Assembly: GCA_965208435.1 (NCBI GenBank) | Contig: OZ242337.1 | Span: forward strand, 2,572,588 to 2,636,587 | DNA length: 64,000 nt | Reading direction: 5' to 3' | Source of the DNA: Candidatus Aldehydirespiratoraceae bacterium | GTDB taxonomy: Bacteria > Actinomycetota > Acidimicrobiia > Acidimicrobiales > Aldehydirespiratoraceae | Part shown: one piece after another, positions 43,513 through 53,337 of the stretch | How the letters are laid out: every line of letters starts with the position of its first letter | Position numbering within the stretch: the stretch's first letter is position 1 | Position numbers and translations under genes: made by a program | Notes under the pieces: model-generated | What the model was told of the DNA's origin: nothing | Database searches by the model: none | What the model saw: only the letters and a program-made list of their open reading frames with translations

Positions 43513-45747
43513 ATGACAAGCCAGGACCGCGACGCCGCAACCGGGGACACCGCCGCTGATCCGACCGGGAGTTCAGCAGCACGCCTCGCAGCCGCGGTTC
43601 TGGACGAGGAAGCCCGCCGCCAGGTCGAACAGGCGGAACGAGACAAGGCGGTTCTGTTCCCCGACGATCTGTTGCCGGGGGTCGGCGACGAGCCGATGAC
43701 CTTGCGAGAGGCGATGGTCGTCGGGGGCAAGACGACTGTGGTGATGATGTTCCTGCTGAACTTCATCGACGATCTTCCCCGCGCGGTGCGGGTGATCGGC
43801 CCCGACATCCAGAACTCGCTCAACATCTCAGACACCGTGCTGGCCGGGGTCCTCGGTTTCGGTGGTGTCGCCCTGGTCCTCGGCGCGGTCCCGATGGCGG
43901 CGCTGGCCGACCGCGTCACCCGTGTCGCCATCATCCCGGTCGCCTCGCTGTTCTGGGCCTCGACGATGGCGTTGTCGGGATTCATCGTCAACGCCTTCCA
44001 GCTCTTCTGGACCAACGCCGCAACCGGTTTCGGGCAGGCGTACAGAATCCCGGTGTCGAACTCGTTGATAAGTGACCGCTACCCGATACAGGCCCGGGCC
44101 CGGGTCTTCGCTTTCGAGGCACTGGGCCGACCGCTCGGCCAGCTGCTCGGCCCGCTGGCGATCGGTGTGATCGTGGCGATCGCGGGCGGTGAGGACGGAT
44201 GGCGATGGGCGTTCTACATCATGGCGATCCCGCCCGTGCTCGTCGGCTTGGCCTCGCTCGGCATGAAGGAGCCGCAGCGGGGCCGCAACGAGCAGGACGC
44301 CCTGCTCGAGGACGAGGCCATCGAAGTGGAGGAACTCGAGGCGTCGATGAGCACGGCGTTGGCACGGCTGCGCAAGGTCCGCACGTTCTACTTCTTCGCC
44401 ACAGGCGTCGGCGTGCTCGGATTCGCGCTGATCGCGGTGCCCGGCCAGTTCAACCTGATGCTCGAGGACAAGTACGGTCTCGACGCCCTCGACCGCGGGA
44501 TCGTCGAGTCTCTGATGTGGATTCCCGCATTGATCGGGATTCCCATTGCGGGTCGAGTCTTCGACCGCAAATTTCGCGAAGACCCCGAAGCCGTGGTCAA
44601 CCTGACCGGAGCGTTGATCATCGGCGCCGGCCTGGTCTATTTCGTGGCACTGCCAATCAAGGCCATCGGCCCCCTGCTCCTGTTGGTCGGTCTGGCCCAG
44701 GCGTTGATCTCAGCGGCGTTCGTTGCGGCCCCCACGATCATCGCACTGGTCGCCCCCTACCGGATCCGCGCCCAGGCGTTCGCCCTGCTTCCCGTCTTCA
44801 TCTTCTTGATGGGGGGATTCATCGGCGGCCTGGTCGCAGGACAGATCTCCGACGCCTACAACAACCGCACTGCCATGCTCATCCTGGCACCGTACACGGC
44901 GATGCTCGGCGGCTGGTTGATCCGGCGCGGTGCCGTGCACATTCGCAGAGACATCTCCCTGGCAGTGGAGGAACTGCTCGAGGAGCAGTCGGAGGCTCGC
45001 AAGATCGCCTCGGGTGAACCCGTTCCCGCGTTGCAGGTCCGGAACCTCGACTACAGCTACGGGCCGGTACAGGTCTTGTTCGACGTCGAGATCGAAGTTG
45101 CCAAGGGCGAGGTGCTGGCCCTGCTCGGAACCAACGGGGCCGGAAAGTCCACATTGTTGCGAGCCATTTCCGGCCTGGGGATACCGGACCGTGGGGTGGT
45201 CCGTCTCAACGGGCGCACGATCACCTACGCCGAAGCCGAGACGCGGTTCCGAGTCGGGATCGTTCAGTTGCGCGGCGGGGAGGGGACCTTCCCTGCCTTG
45301 AGCATCGGCGACAATCTTCGGGCCGCGCTGCTGGGCAAGGAGATGGAACCCGAGGAAGTGGAGCGCAGGATCGCCACAGCAGTCGAGACCTTCCCGGCGC
45401 TCGAAGGCCGGCTCGGAGAGCCCGCGGGAGACCTCTCAGGAGGCCAGCAACAGATGCTGGCCCTGGCCATGGCGCTCATCCACGAACCCGAGGTCCTCCT
45501 CATCGACGAACTGAGTCTGGGCCTGGCGCCGGTGGTGGTGCAGGAACTGTTGGAAGTCGTCCAGGACCTCAAGGCGCGGGGCCAGACGATGATCATCGTC
45601 GAGCAGTCGCTCAACGTGGCGCTGGCGTTCGCTGACCGCGCCGTCTTCATGGAGAAGGGTGTGGTCCGTTTCGAGGGGCCCGCCCAGGAACTCGCCGAAC
45701 GCGACGACCTGGCCCGTGCCGTCTTCCTGGGAGGCGAAGGCGGATGA
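43513..45747 (+). CDS. fusion protein: MFS-type membrane domain plus LivF-like ABC ATPase
   Basis: The N-terminal two-thirds shows MFS hallmarks (ALADRVTRV, GWRWAFYI, about 12 TM segments). The C-terminal third has Walker A GTNGAGKST, the signature LSGGQQQML and Walker B LLIDELSLGLAP. Confidence 0.8.
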   Translation: MTSQDRDAATGDTAADPTGSSAARLAAAVLDEEARRQVEQAERDKAVLFPDDLLPGVGDEPMTLREAMVVGGKTTVVMMFLLNFIDDLPRAVRVIGPDIQNSLNISDTVLAGVLGFGGVALVLGAVPMAALADRVTRVAIIPVASLFWASTMALSGFIVNAFQLFWTNAATGFGQAYRIPVSNSLISDRYPIQARARVFAFEALGRPLGQLLGPLAIGVIVAIAGGEDGWRWAFYIMAIPPVLVGLASLGMKEPQRGRNEQDALLEDEAIEVEELEASMSTALARLRKVRTFYFFATGVGVLGFALIAVPGQFNLMLEDKYGLDALDRGIVESLMWIPALIGIPIAGRVFDRKFREDPEAVVNLTGALIIGAGLVYFVALPIKAIGPLLLLVGLAQALISAAFVAAPTIIALVAPYRIRAQAFALLPVFIFLMGGFIGGLVAGQISDAYNNRTAMLILAPYTAMLGGWLIRRGAVHIRRDISLAVEELLEEQSEARKIASGEPVPALQVRNLDYSYGPVQVLFDVEIEVAKGEVLALLGTNGAGKSTLLRAISGLGIPDRGVVRLNGRTITYAEAETRFRVGIVQLRGGEGTFPALSIGDNLRAALLGKEMEPEEVERRIATAVETFPALEGRLGEPAGDLSGGQQQMLALAMALIHEPEVLLIDELSLGLAPVVVQELLEVVQDLKARGQTMIIVEQSLNVALAFADRAVFMEKGVVRFEGPAQELAERDDLARAVFLGGEGG

Positions 45748-48599
45748 TCGAGCTTCTCGGTATTGAAATCGGTCAACAGTCGATTGTCATCGGGATCATC
45801 GCAGGGCTCACCTATGCCGCGTTGGCGGCAGGTTTCGTGCTCATCTACCGCTCGACCGGGGTGCTCAACTTCGCGCACGGCGAGATGGGCTTCTTCGGTC
45901 TGGCGATCTTCGTGATGATGATCATCAACTACGAACTGAACTGGTGGGTGGCCTTCGGGTTGGCGATCGTGGGGACCGCCCTGATCGGGATGGCCGTCGA
46001 GTTGATCGTGGTGAGACGGCTCTTCGAATCGCCGCGTCTGGTCCTGCTGATAGCCACCATCGGGGTCGGCCAGATCCTGACCTTGGCGCGTGTCGGTTGG
46101 ATCCCCGACATCACCGCGGGAGGGAACATCCCCACGGCTTTCGAGATGACCTGGGAACCGACCGACCACATCCGGCTGCAGGCACGGGAGATCACGGTGC
46201 TCGCCGTGGTGCCGGCTCTCATCGCCCTGCTCGGCCTGTTCATGACCAAGACCCGCTTCGGTCTGGCGGTACGGGCGTCGGCCTCCAATCCCGACACTGC
46301 CCGGGTGTACGGAACGTCGCCGCGGCGCGTGTCGACGATCGTCTGGACCATCGCAGGGGCGTTCGCGGCGGGCACAGCGATCCTCACCGCCCCACTGCAG
46401 GGGTTCCAGGCAGCGACCGTCGACGACACCGGCAATCTTCTGGTCGAGGAACTGCTGTTGAAGGTTCTGGTCGTGTCGTTGCTGGCCAGGATGCGGTCAC
46501 TGCCCGGCGTCATCTGGGCGGGTCTCGCAGTCGGTGTGGTCGAGAAGATTGTTCGCAACAATGTCGACTCGACCAACCAGTCGATCGTCAACCTCTGGTT
46601 CTTCATCACGGTCCTGGTGGTGGTGCTGTGGTTCGTGCGCTCGGGCAAACAGGATGTGGGCTGGTCTCTGTCGCCGACCCTGCGCCCGATCCCCGAGCGG
46701 CTCCGCAGCATCTGGTGGGTGCGCAACCTCAACGGCATCGGATTCTTCTTCCTGTTCGGCGCCTTGGCGCTGGTCCCGATCTTCGTTACCGAATCCGCAC
46801 CGATCCTGACTTGGAGCAACATCCTGCTGTTCGCCATGGTGGCATTGTCGTTGACGGTGTTGACGGGTTGGGCCGGGCAGTTGTCCCTCGGCCAGTTCGC
46901 TTTCGTCGGTGTCGGAGGACTGGCGACGCTGGCGTTCACCGAAGGCCACGACATTCCGATTCCATTCGATCTGTTCGATCTCAGCATCGACGTTCCATGG
47001 GGGATCGCTGTGGTTCTGTCGACGGCATTGGGAGTGCTGGTCGCGGTGCTGGTCGGTCTGCCCGCGTTGCGCGTGCGCGGACTGTTCCTGGCCGTCACAA
47101 CCCTCGCGTTCGCAGTCATGGCGGGCACCTGGATCTTCGTTCAGGACTTCTTCAGCGGCGGCACGACCGCGCCCCGGCCACCCGACCGCCCGGCCCTGTT
47201 CGGGGTGGACGTGGGGGAGTCGCGGCGAACGATGTACCTGGTCTGCCTCGTCACGTTGGTACTGATGTCGTGGGTCGTGACCCGCATCCGCGCAACAGGC
47301 ATCGGACGCTCGTTCATCGCCGTGCGCGACAACGAGGACATGGCGGCGGCCTCCACAGTGCCGCCGGGCCGCATGAAACTCGCCGCCTTCGCGGTGGCCG
47401 GCGGGATGGCTGCCCTGACCGGCGCGCTCTATGTCATTGTGCAGCCGTCCCTCAGCCCGGGCACTCAGTTCGCGCCCTCCAATTCCTTGAGGGTGATCGT
47501 GATCGCCATCGTGGGCGGCTTGGGGTCCGTCGCCGGGCCGGTGCTCGGCTCGTTGTGGATCCTGGGCATCGAACGGCTGGTCCCGGACCAGCTCCGCGAC
47601 CTGCAACAGCTGCTCACCTCCAACATCGGCCTGCTGGTGCTGCTCATGTACTTCCCGGGAGGGCTGCTGCAGATCGTCTACTCAATCCGCGACGGCCTGC
47701 TCGGTGTGGCCGACCGTCGCCTGCGCGAGCAACAACCCGACGAGGCGCCCCAAGCTCCGGAGCAAGCGGCGGTACCCGCATCGGCGCGCTCTGAACGCCC
47801 CGCGGTCGACGGCCCGATGCTCGCGGCGCGGGGAATCACCGTCCGCTTCGGAGGCAACATTGCCGTGGCCGACGTTGATTTCGAGGTCAACCAGGGCGAA
47901 CTGGTCGGTCTGATCGGAACCAACGGCGCCGGAAAGTCGACCCTGCTCAATGCGATAGGCGGATTCGTTCCGTCGGAGGGCACGGTCGAAGTGCTTGGAG
48001 TCGATGTCACCGAGCGCAGCGCCTCGGCTCGTCACAGGCTCGGTCTCGGCAGGGGCTTCCAGGCGGCCCGCCTGTACCCGGGCCTCACTGTGCGCGAGGC
48101 GGTGATGGTTGCGCTGGAAGCACGTCAGCACTCCCGCCTGGTGCCGTCAATGTTGGCACTTCCACCCTCAGGCGCTCACGAGCGGGCCAAGCGAACCGAA
48201 GCCGACGAGATCATCGACTATCTCGGACTCGGCCGCTACTCAGACTCCTTCATCGAGGCGCTCTCCACGGGTACCCGCCGCATCGTCGAACTCGGCAGCC
48301 TTCTGGCAGTCGATGCCCGTGTCCTGCTGTTGGATGAACCCACCGGCGGTGTCGCCCAGCGCGAAGCGGAAGCGTTCGGGCCGCTGATCAAGCAGATCCA
48401 ATCCGAACTCGACGCGTCGGTCGTTGTGATCGAACACGACATGCCGTTGGTGATGAGCATCAGTGACCGGGTGTACTGCCTCGAATCCGGTGCGGTGATC
48501 GCCAACGGACCCCCCGACGAGGTCCGCAACGACCCCATGGTCATCGCCAGCTATCTCGGGACCAACGAGGCCGCCATCGGTCGTTCCGGCCCTGCCTAG
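45744..48599 (+). CDS. fusion protein: LivH-like permease plus LivM-like permease plus LivG-like ABC ATPase
   Basis: 951 aa with three recognisable modules: VLNFAHGEMGFFG, GWAGQLSLGQFAFVGVGG, and Walker A GTNGAGKST with the C-terminal DPMVIASYLG. Its start overlaps the upstream stop. Confidence 0.85.
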   Translation: MIELLGIEIGQQSIVIGIIAGLTYAALAAGFVLIYRSTGVLNFAHGEMGFFGLAIFVMMIINYELNWWVAFGLAIVGTALIGMAVELIVVRRLFESPRLVLLIATIGVGQILTLARVGWIPDITAGGNIPTAFEMTWEPTDHIRLQAREITVLAVVPALIALLGLFMTKTRFGLAVRASASNPDTARVYGTSPRRVSTIVWTIAGAFAAGTAILTAPLQGFQAATVDDTGNLLVEELLLKVLVVSLLARMRSLPGVIWAGLAVGVVEKIVRNNVDSTNQSIVNLWFFITVLVVVLWFVRSGKQDVGWSLSPTLRPIPERLRSIWWVRNLNGIGFFFLFGALALVPIFVTESAPILTWSNILLFAMVALSLTVLTGWAGQLSLGQFAFVGVGGLATLAFTEGHDIPIPFDLFDLSIDVPWGIAVVLSTALGVLVAVLVGLPALRVRGLFLAVTTLAFAVMAGTWIFVQDFFSGGTTAPRPPDRPALFGVDVGESRRTMYLVCLVTLVLMSWVVTRIRATGIGRSFIAVRDNEDMAAASTVPPGRMKLAAFAVAGGMAALTGALYVIVQPSLSPGTQFAPSNSLRVIVIAIVGGLGSVAGPVLGSLWILGIERLVPDQLRDLQQLLTSNIGLLVLLMYFPGGLLQIVYSIRDGLLGVADRRLREQQPDEAPQAPEQAAVPASARSERPAVDGPMLAARGITVRFGGNIAVADVDFEVNQGELVGLIGTNGAGKSTLLNAIGGFVPSEGTVEVLGVDVTERSASARHRLGLGRGFQAARLYPGLTVREAVMVALEARQHSRLVPSMLALPPSGAHERAKRTEADEIIDYLGLGRYSDSFIEALSTGTRRIVELGSLLAVDARVLLLDEPTGGVAQREAEAFGPLIKQIQSELDASVVVIEHDMPLVMSISDRVYCLESGAVIANGPPDEVRNDPMVIASYLGTNEAAIGRSGPA

Positions 48600-48630
48600 A
48601 GGCTCCCGCTGCCGGGCCTGGAGGCCCCTG

Positions 48631-49575
48631 CTAGAGGCTCAGCGGATCCGCAGCGATCAGGGCGGCGCCGAGGGCACCGGACTCGGAGCCGAACTTCGCC
48701 AACACGACCTCGACTCTCGGACGATGCTCCGAACCCAGCAGCAGGCGTTGGAGCCAGTCGTCGACCCTGGACCTGAGCGGCTCACCCACCTCGGCGAGGC
48801 CTCCGCCGAGCACCACCCGGCTCGAGTCCAGAATCAGGATCAGGTTGGCGATGCCGCGGGCGGCCTCACGGCAGAAACCGTCGAAGATCTCCTCAGCGGT
48901 CGGGTCGCCCTGATCAAGGGCCGCTACCACATGTTCACTGCGGATCTCGCTGATATCGCCCACCAGGGCGCATGCCGCGGGAAAGGTGCCGGCGGCTGCG
49001 GCTTCACGGCCGAGCCGGCCGAGCCCGTTCCCTGAAGCGAAATACTCCCACGGTCCCGGCTCTCCGGTGATGTGTGCGGGTCCGCCGGCGTCGACGGTCA
49101 TGTGCCCGGACTCTCCCGCGAACCCGTTGGCACCGAGCAGCAGGTGTCCTCCGGCGACGAAGCCGGTCCCTATCCCGCTTCCCAGAGCCACGTAGGCGAA
49201 GTCGTCTGCGCCTCGTCCGGCACCGAGTCTTGCCTCAGCCCAGGTGCCTGCGGTGGCATCGTTGATCGTTACGACCTGCGTGCCGGTCGCCTCGGCCAGA
49301 AGTCGGCCCACCGGGAACTCGATCAGGTTCGGCAGGTTCGGGGAGTAGCGCACCACACCGGTGCGGGCCGCCAGACCCGCTATCCCGAGGCCCACGCTCT
49401 GCACAGGCGTGTCGCTGCGCTCGGACAGTTCCGTCACGACCTCGGTCAACCGCCCGAGCAGTTCGTCACCGGTGCCGTGGCTCGACCTGCGGGTTCTGGC
49501 CAGGATCTGACCGTCGTCGGGATCGACCAGCAGACCCAGCGCCTTGGTCCCTCCGACGTCAATCCCGATGATCAC
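48631..49575 (-). CDS. ROK-family sugar kinase (glucokinase-like)
   Basis: It has the N-terminal IGIDVGGTK and ROK-like signature regions. Confidence 0.85.
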   Translation of the reverse strand: MIIGIDVGGTKALGLLVDPDDGQILARTRRSSHGTGDELLGRLTEVVTELSERSDTPVQSVGLGIAGLAARTGVVRYSPNLPNLIEFPVGRLLAEATGTQVVTINDATAGTWAEARLGAGRGADDFAYVALGSGIGTGFVAGGHLLLGANGFAGESGHMTVDAGGPAHITGEPGPWEYFASGNGLGRLGREAAAAGTFPAACALVGDISEIRSEHVVAALDQGDPTAEEIFDGFCREAARGIANLILILDSSRVVLGGGLAEVGEPLRSRVDDWLQRLLLGSEHRPRVEVVLAKFGSESGALGAALIAADPLSL

Positions 49576-49630
49576 CCCTCGAATCTACTGTCGAGGGCAC
49601 CACTTGGAACCCGCTCTTGTTCACTGCGCT

Positions 49631-49744
49631 TGTCTCCCGCTCTTGTTCGCTGCGCTCACGGGCCGCGAGGCCGCGGCGGGCCGCTCGGGCCACGGCCTCG
49701 TTCGGTCACGGCCGTGTGCGGGACCATTCCGCTCGGCCTCTTGG
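49631..49744. repeat. intergenic repeat family, full-length unit 1
   Basis: 114-nt unit that recurs 155 nt downstream. It contains the internal hairpins gccgcg-aggc-cgcggc and cacggcc..ggccgtg. Confidence 0.85.
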
Positions 49745-49785
49745 AACGTGCGTGGATTGAGCATGGCGGTGCGTCGAGACCTGCT

Positions 49786-49899
49786 GTCTCCCGCTCTTGT
49801 TCGCTGCGCTCACGGGCCGCGAGGCCGCGGGCGGGCCGCTCGGGCCACGGCCCCGTTCGGTCGCGGCCGTGTGCGGGATCAATCCGCTCGGCCTCTTGG
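49786..49899. repeat. intergenic repeat family, full-length unit 2
   Basis: Near-identical to the unit at 49631-49744. Confidence 0.85.
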
Positions 49900-49948
49900 C
49901 GGGTGCTCTGATTGGCGGGTCGAGTCGGTGGCGAAATACGGTGCCCGG

Positions 49949-51514
49949 ATGCAGACTGGACCCCGAAACCCCTTCCTCGCCGACTCCTCGAACGCCATGG
50001 CGCACGGCCGTTGCGACCAGCAGGACAACGTCGCATGGCGGGGACCTGAAGGACCGAGCGAGGTTCTCAGCGAGGACGACATCCAGTATTCGTGGCTCGG
50101 ACCGTGCCACTTCGGCTGCACGATCTCAGGCCCCTATCCCGACGGCCGTCGGGTTGTGTGGAGCAACGGCAGCCAGAACATCGCGAAGCTCGACTATGAC
50201 ACCCTGGAAGTGTTGGCCGATCACGAGATCGTGGGTGGCGAGGGACGCACACCGATTGCCGAGTTGGAAGCCAACCTCGCCGGTCTCGACAACCTGGAGG
50301 GTCAGGACGCGATCGACCACGCGCTGGGCCTGTCGTTGCGGTTCATGACCGGGCTGGACGGCGTCTACTGCCTCGTCGATTGCAACAACACGCTGTTCTT
50401 GGGCCGCAAGGATCATGCGGTGGCCTACGTCGAGGCCGATTCAAGCGACCCGGCATCGGGGATCAGCGAACGCGACCGCTGGTACAAGCCCGACCATATT
50501 GAAGGCTATTTCGTGGGGATGAACATGACCTTCGACGGCCGGTTGGTGATGTCGACCGACCATGGTTGGGTCGTGGTGCTGGCCCGTGACTTCAGCGAGT
50601 ATCACGCGATCCAGGTTGCGGGTGGCGCCGAGCAGGCAGCGGAGTACTGCGCGATGAGGGCAGCCGAGCGGGGTCACACCGGTTACGGCTGGGTGCGCAC
50701 CAGCATCTGCGTCGACGAGGACAACGGCATCTACGTCAACTCCAACGACCACCACCACAAGCTTCGCTGGACCGGTGAACGGCTCTCCGACGACGAGGCG
50801 GACGGCTGCTGGTCGGTGCCCTATCGCAACGGTGGGGGCTGTGGATCCGGCACGACACCGTCGCTGATGGGGTTCGGTCCCGACGAGGACAAGTTCGTGG
50901 TGATCGGGGATGGGGACGAGGTCGTCAACATCACGCTGCTGTGGCGTGAGGAGATCCCCGAAGACTGGGAACAGCTCCCCGACGCTCCGCACCGTCGAAT
51001 TGCAGGCATCGGCCCGGCGAACATGGGCGATCCCGACCTGCCGGAGATCAAGACGGAGCAGTCGATCACGGTGTCGGGGTACGGCGCCATGACCGTCAAC
51101 AACGAACCCGCCGCGGTGCCCGACAATTTCCCCCCGCGGGGCGCACGGATGCTCTGCTTCATGCTCGGTCACAAGCCAGAATACACACCGCACGGGATGC
51201 ACAAGTACCAGTGGGACCCCGAGGCGCGAGAGCTCGAGGAGGCATGGGTCAACCACGATGTCTCCTCACCCAATTCAGTGCCCTTCGTGGCCCAGGAGAG
51301 CGGGCTGGTCTACACCTGTGGTGCGCGCAACGGCTCCTGGAGCATCGAAGCCGCTGATTGGGAGACTGGTGAGAGCCGCTTCCATTTTGTTGTCGGCGGC
51401 TCGAAATTCAACACCACCGGCGCCGGCGTGACCATCGACGAGGACGGCCGCGTGCTCTTCGGCACTATGTACGGCAAGGCCCGAATCCTACGCGGCCCCG
51501 GCCCCACAGCCTGA
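49949..51514 (+). CDS. hypothetical protein (no family recognised)
   Basis: The start is taken at MQTGPRN because the upstream part of the ORF runs through the intergenic repeats. The body looks coding-like. The last 40 or so codons are duplicated at 55449-55584. Confidence 0.6.
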   Translation: MQTGPRNPFLADSSNAMAHGRCDQQDNVAWRGPEGPSEVLSEDDIQYSWLGPCHFGCTISGPYPDGRRVVWSNGSQNIAKLDYDTLEVLADHEIVGGEGRTPIAELEANLAGLDNLEGQDAIDHALGLSLRFMTGLDGVYCLVDCNNTLFLGRKDHAVAYVEADSSDPASGISERDRWYKPDHIEGYFVGMNMTFDGRLVMSTDHGWVVVLARDFSEYHAIQVAGGAEQAAEYCAMRAAERGHTGYGWVRTSICVDEDNGIYVNSNDHHHKLRWTGERLSDDEADGCWSVPYRNGGGCGSGTTPSLMGFGPDEDKFVVIGDGDEVVNITLLWREEIPEDWEQLPDAPHRRIAGIGPANMGDPDLPEIKTEQSITVSGYGAMTVNNEPAAVPDNFPPRGARMLCFMLGHKPEYTPHGMHKYQWDPEARELEEAWVNHDVSSPNSVPFVAQESGLVYTCGARNGSWSIEAADWETGESRFHFVVGGSKFNTTGAGVTIDEDGRVLFGTMYGKARILRGPGPTA

Positions 51515-51549
51515 GCCGCCCAACCCCCACCCCAGGCTTACGCGCGGAC

Positions 51550-53337
51550 TCAATTTCTGTCTCTCTGGTAGTCGATAATGAAGTCATCCAGTATCTGTGC
51601 GGCTTCCTCAGGGGGTAAGGGAGTGGCTTCGTCTGGCAGCGAAATGGAGAAGACAAGGCCTGCGAGGTCCTCCCTTTGGAATAGAATGAGGTGAACTCGC
51701 ACGTACCCGTCCGGAAGTTCAAGGTCATACTGGTAACCCAGCGCTTTCTGCCCGATTGATTGCACATCGAACGTTCCAGTTTCGATTTCATCTGAAAATT
51801 CCGGGGCAGAGAAGATCTCAGAGAAAACAAACGATGGAGGGAAGTCTTCAGTCGTTGGAAAATCTTCATCGGATTCTGTAACAACAACTGACAGGAGTTG
51901 GAATGGGTCGTCGGTCAGGAAATTGAGTGCGTTGTCCAAGAAAGTGCTTAGTATCAAGCCATAGAACTGAACATCCCCTAATGGCAGATCAACTTCATAG
52001 AAAAATTCCTGTAAGCCAATGGCTGCCCGCACAACGTCTGGCTCCAAGGCCCAAGTGAATCCGGATTCCAGTTCAGAGTCTGGTTCGTCTGCTTCGTCTG
52101 CTTCGTCTGCTTCCGAAACCTCCAAAGTGTATCCGCCCGTACCTCTTGCGTTGTTGCCGACGCTAACAAGGAATGTACCTGAATGGGGAGCGCGGTAGAT
52201 GGCCAATTCCTGGTTCTCATAGAGCCCGGAACCGTTGCCATCTTTAAAGACAGTTTCCTGTCCGCCGGAGAAAGTTATTTCAAGGTATGTATCAAGATTT
52301 AGGGAGGTCGTCGCGATCTGCACCTTCTGATCAGCACGAAGATAAATGGAATACGTATCAATATCCGTGGCGTAATCGGATGTACCTTCGACGGTTTGAC
52401 CGACTGACAGTACCGTCCCATCTTCGGAATCAGGTATCGGCACCAATACGTGCGAGGCTGTAACTGTGAAATCAATTGACCCTGGCTCTTCAGCCGCATT
52501 GCTCACGATTACGAAATATGGCTCCGATGAGTCAACATCGAATGTTCCAGTTGCCGCGTCAGACTCTTCACTAAATTCCACCTCCACCGAATCGTTAAAA
52601 GGGTTGTGGACGGCAAAACTCGGAACGCCCTCGCTTTCGACCGTGATATCTACTTCCGTTCCGGCAGGCTCCAGGAGCATGTAGGCCTTCGTGTCCCAGC
52701 TCCCAGCAAGAGTTCCGTCGTGGCGCATGCCACCGTCTGTATGAGACGGCCATGATGCTGTGCCTGAGGGGTCATTGCCAGAAATGATACGCTCGATCCG
52801 TGGAAGAACCTCGGTCGATGCCAGGGCTAAACTATAGCTTGACCCTCCAAACGTTACGAGCCCGACAATCTCGCCAGTATCGGAGACCATCACCCCACCG
52901 CTATTCCCTCCTTCTACATCAGCGGAAGTCTTAAGATAGACAATATCTGTCTCCGGCCATTCACGATACCGTGCCACCATTCCGCTTGTGAACGCAGGTT
53001 GCGGTGGGTCTGCATTTGGGGGAGGGTAGCCGATCGTATAGATGTCTGAACCGATTGCTGGGCTGGCAGCAGAGGACAGGACAACCGGTTCAATCGGGAC
53101 GTCTATAGGGCCTAATACTGCAATGTCCGCCAGCAAATCCCAGCCAATCAATGGGACACTATTTAGTTTTGTTCCATTCGGGAATGACACTGTTAAGTCC
53201 ATGTAGGGATACACAACATGGGCATTGCTGATCAAATAGCCCCCTTCAATAAGAAATCCAGATCCGCGGTCTCCATCTTCAGTCCCGATGGACGCAACCG
53301 CCGGAGAAACCGTTGCGAAAATCTCAGACGCGGTTAG
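51550..53337 (-). pseudogene. trypsin-like serine protease lipoprotein, copy A, 5' end severed by IS1380 insertion
   Basis: It is collinear with copy B from LTASEIFATVSP onward, with the catalytic region GSGFLIEGGYLISNAHV...GNSGGVMV. The apparent N-terminal extension in ORF 51550..53631 is IS sequence. Confidence 0.85.
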
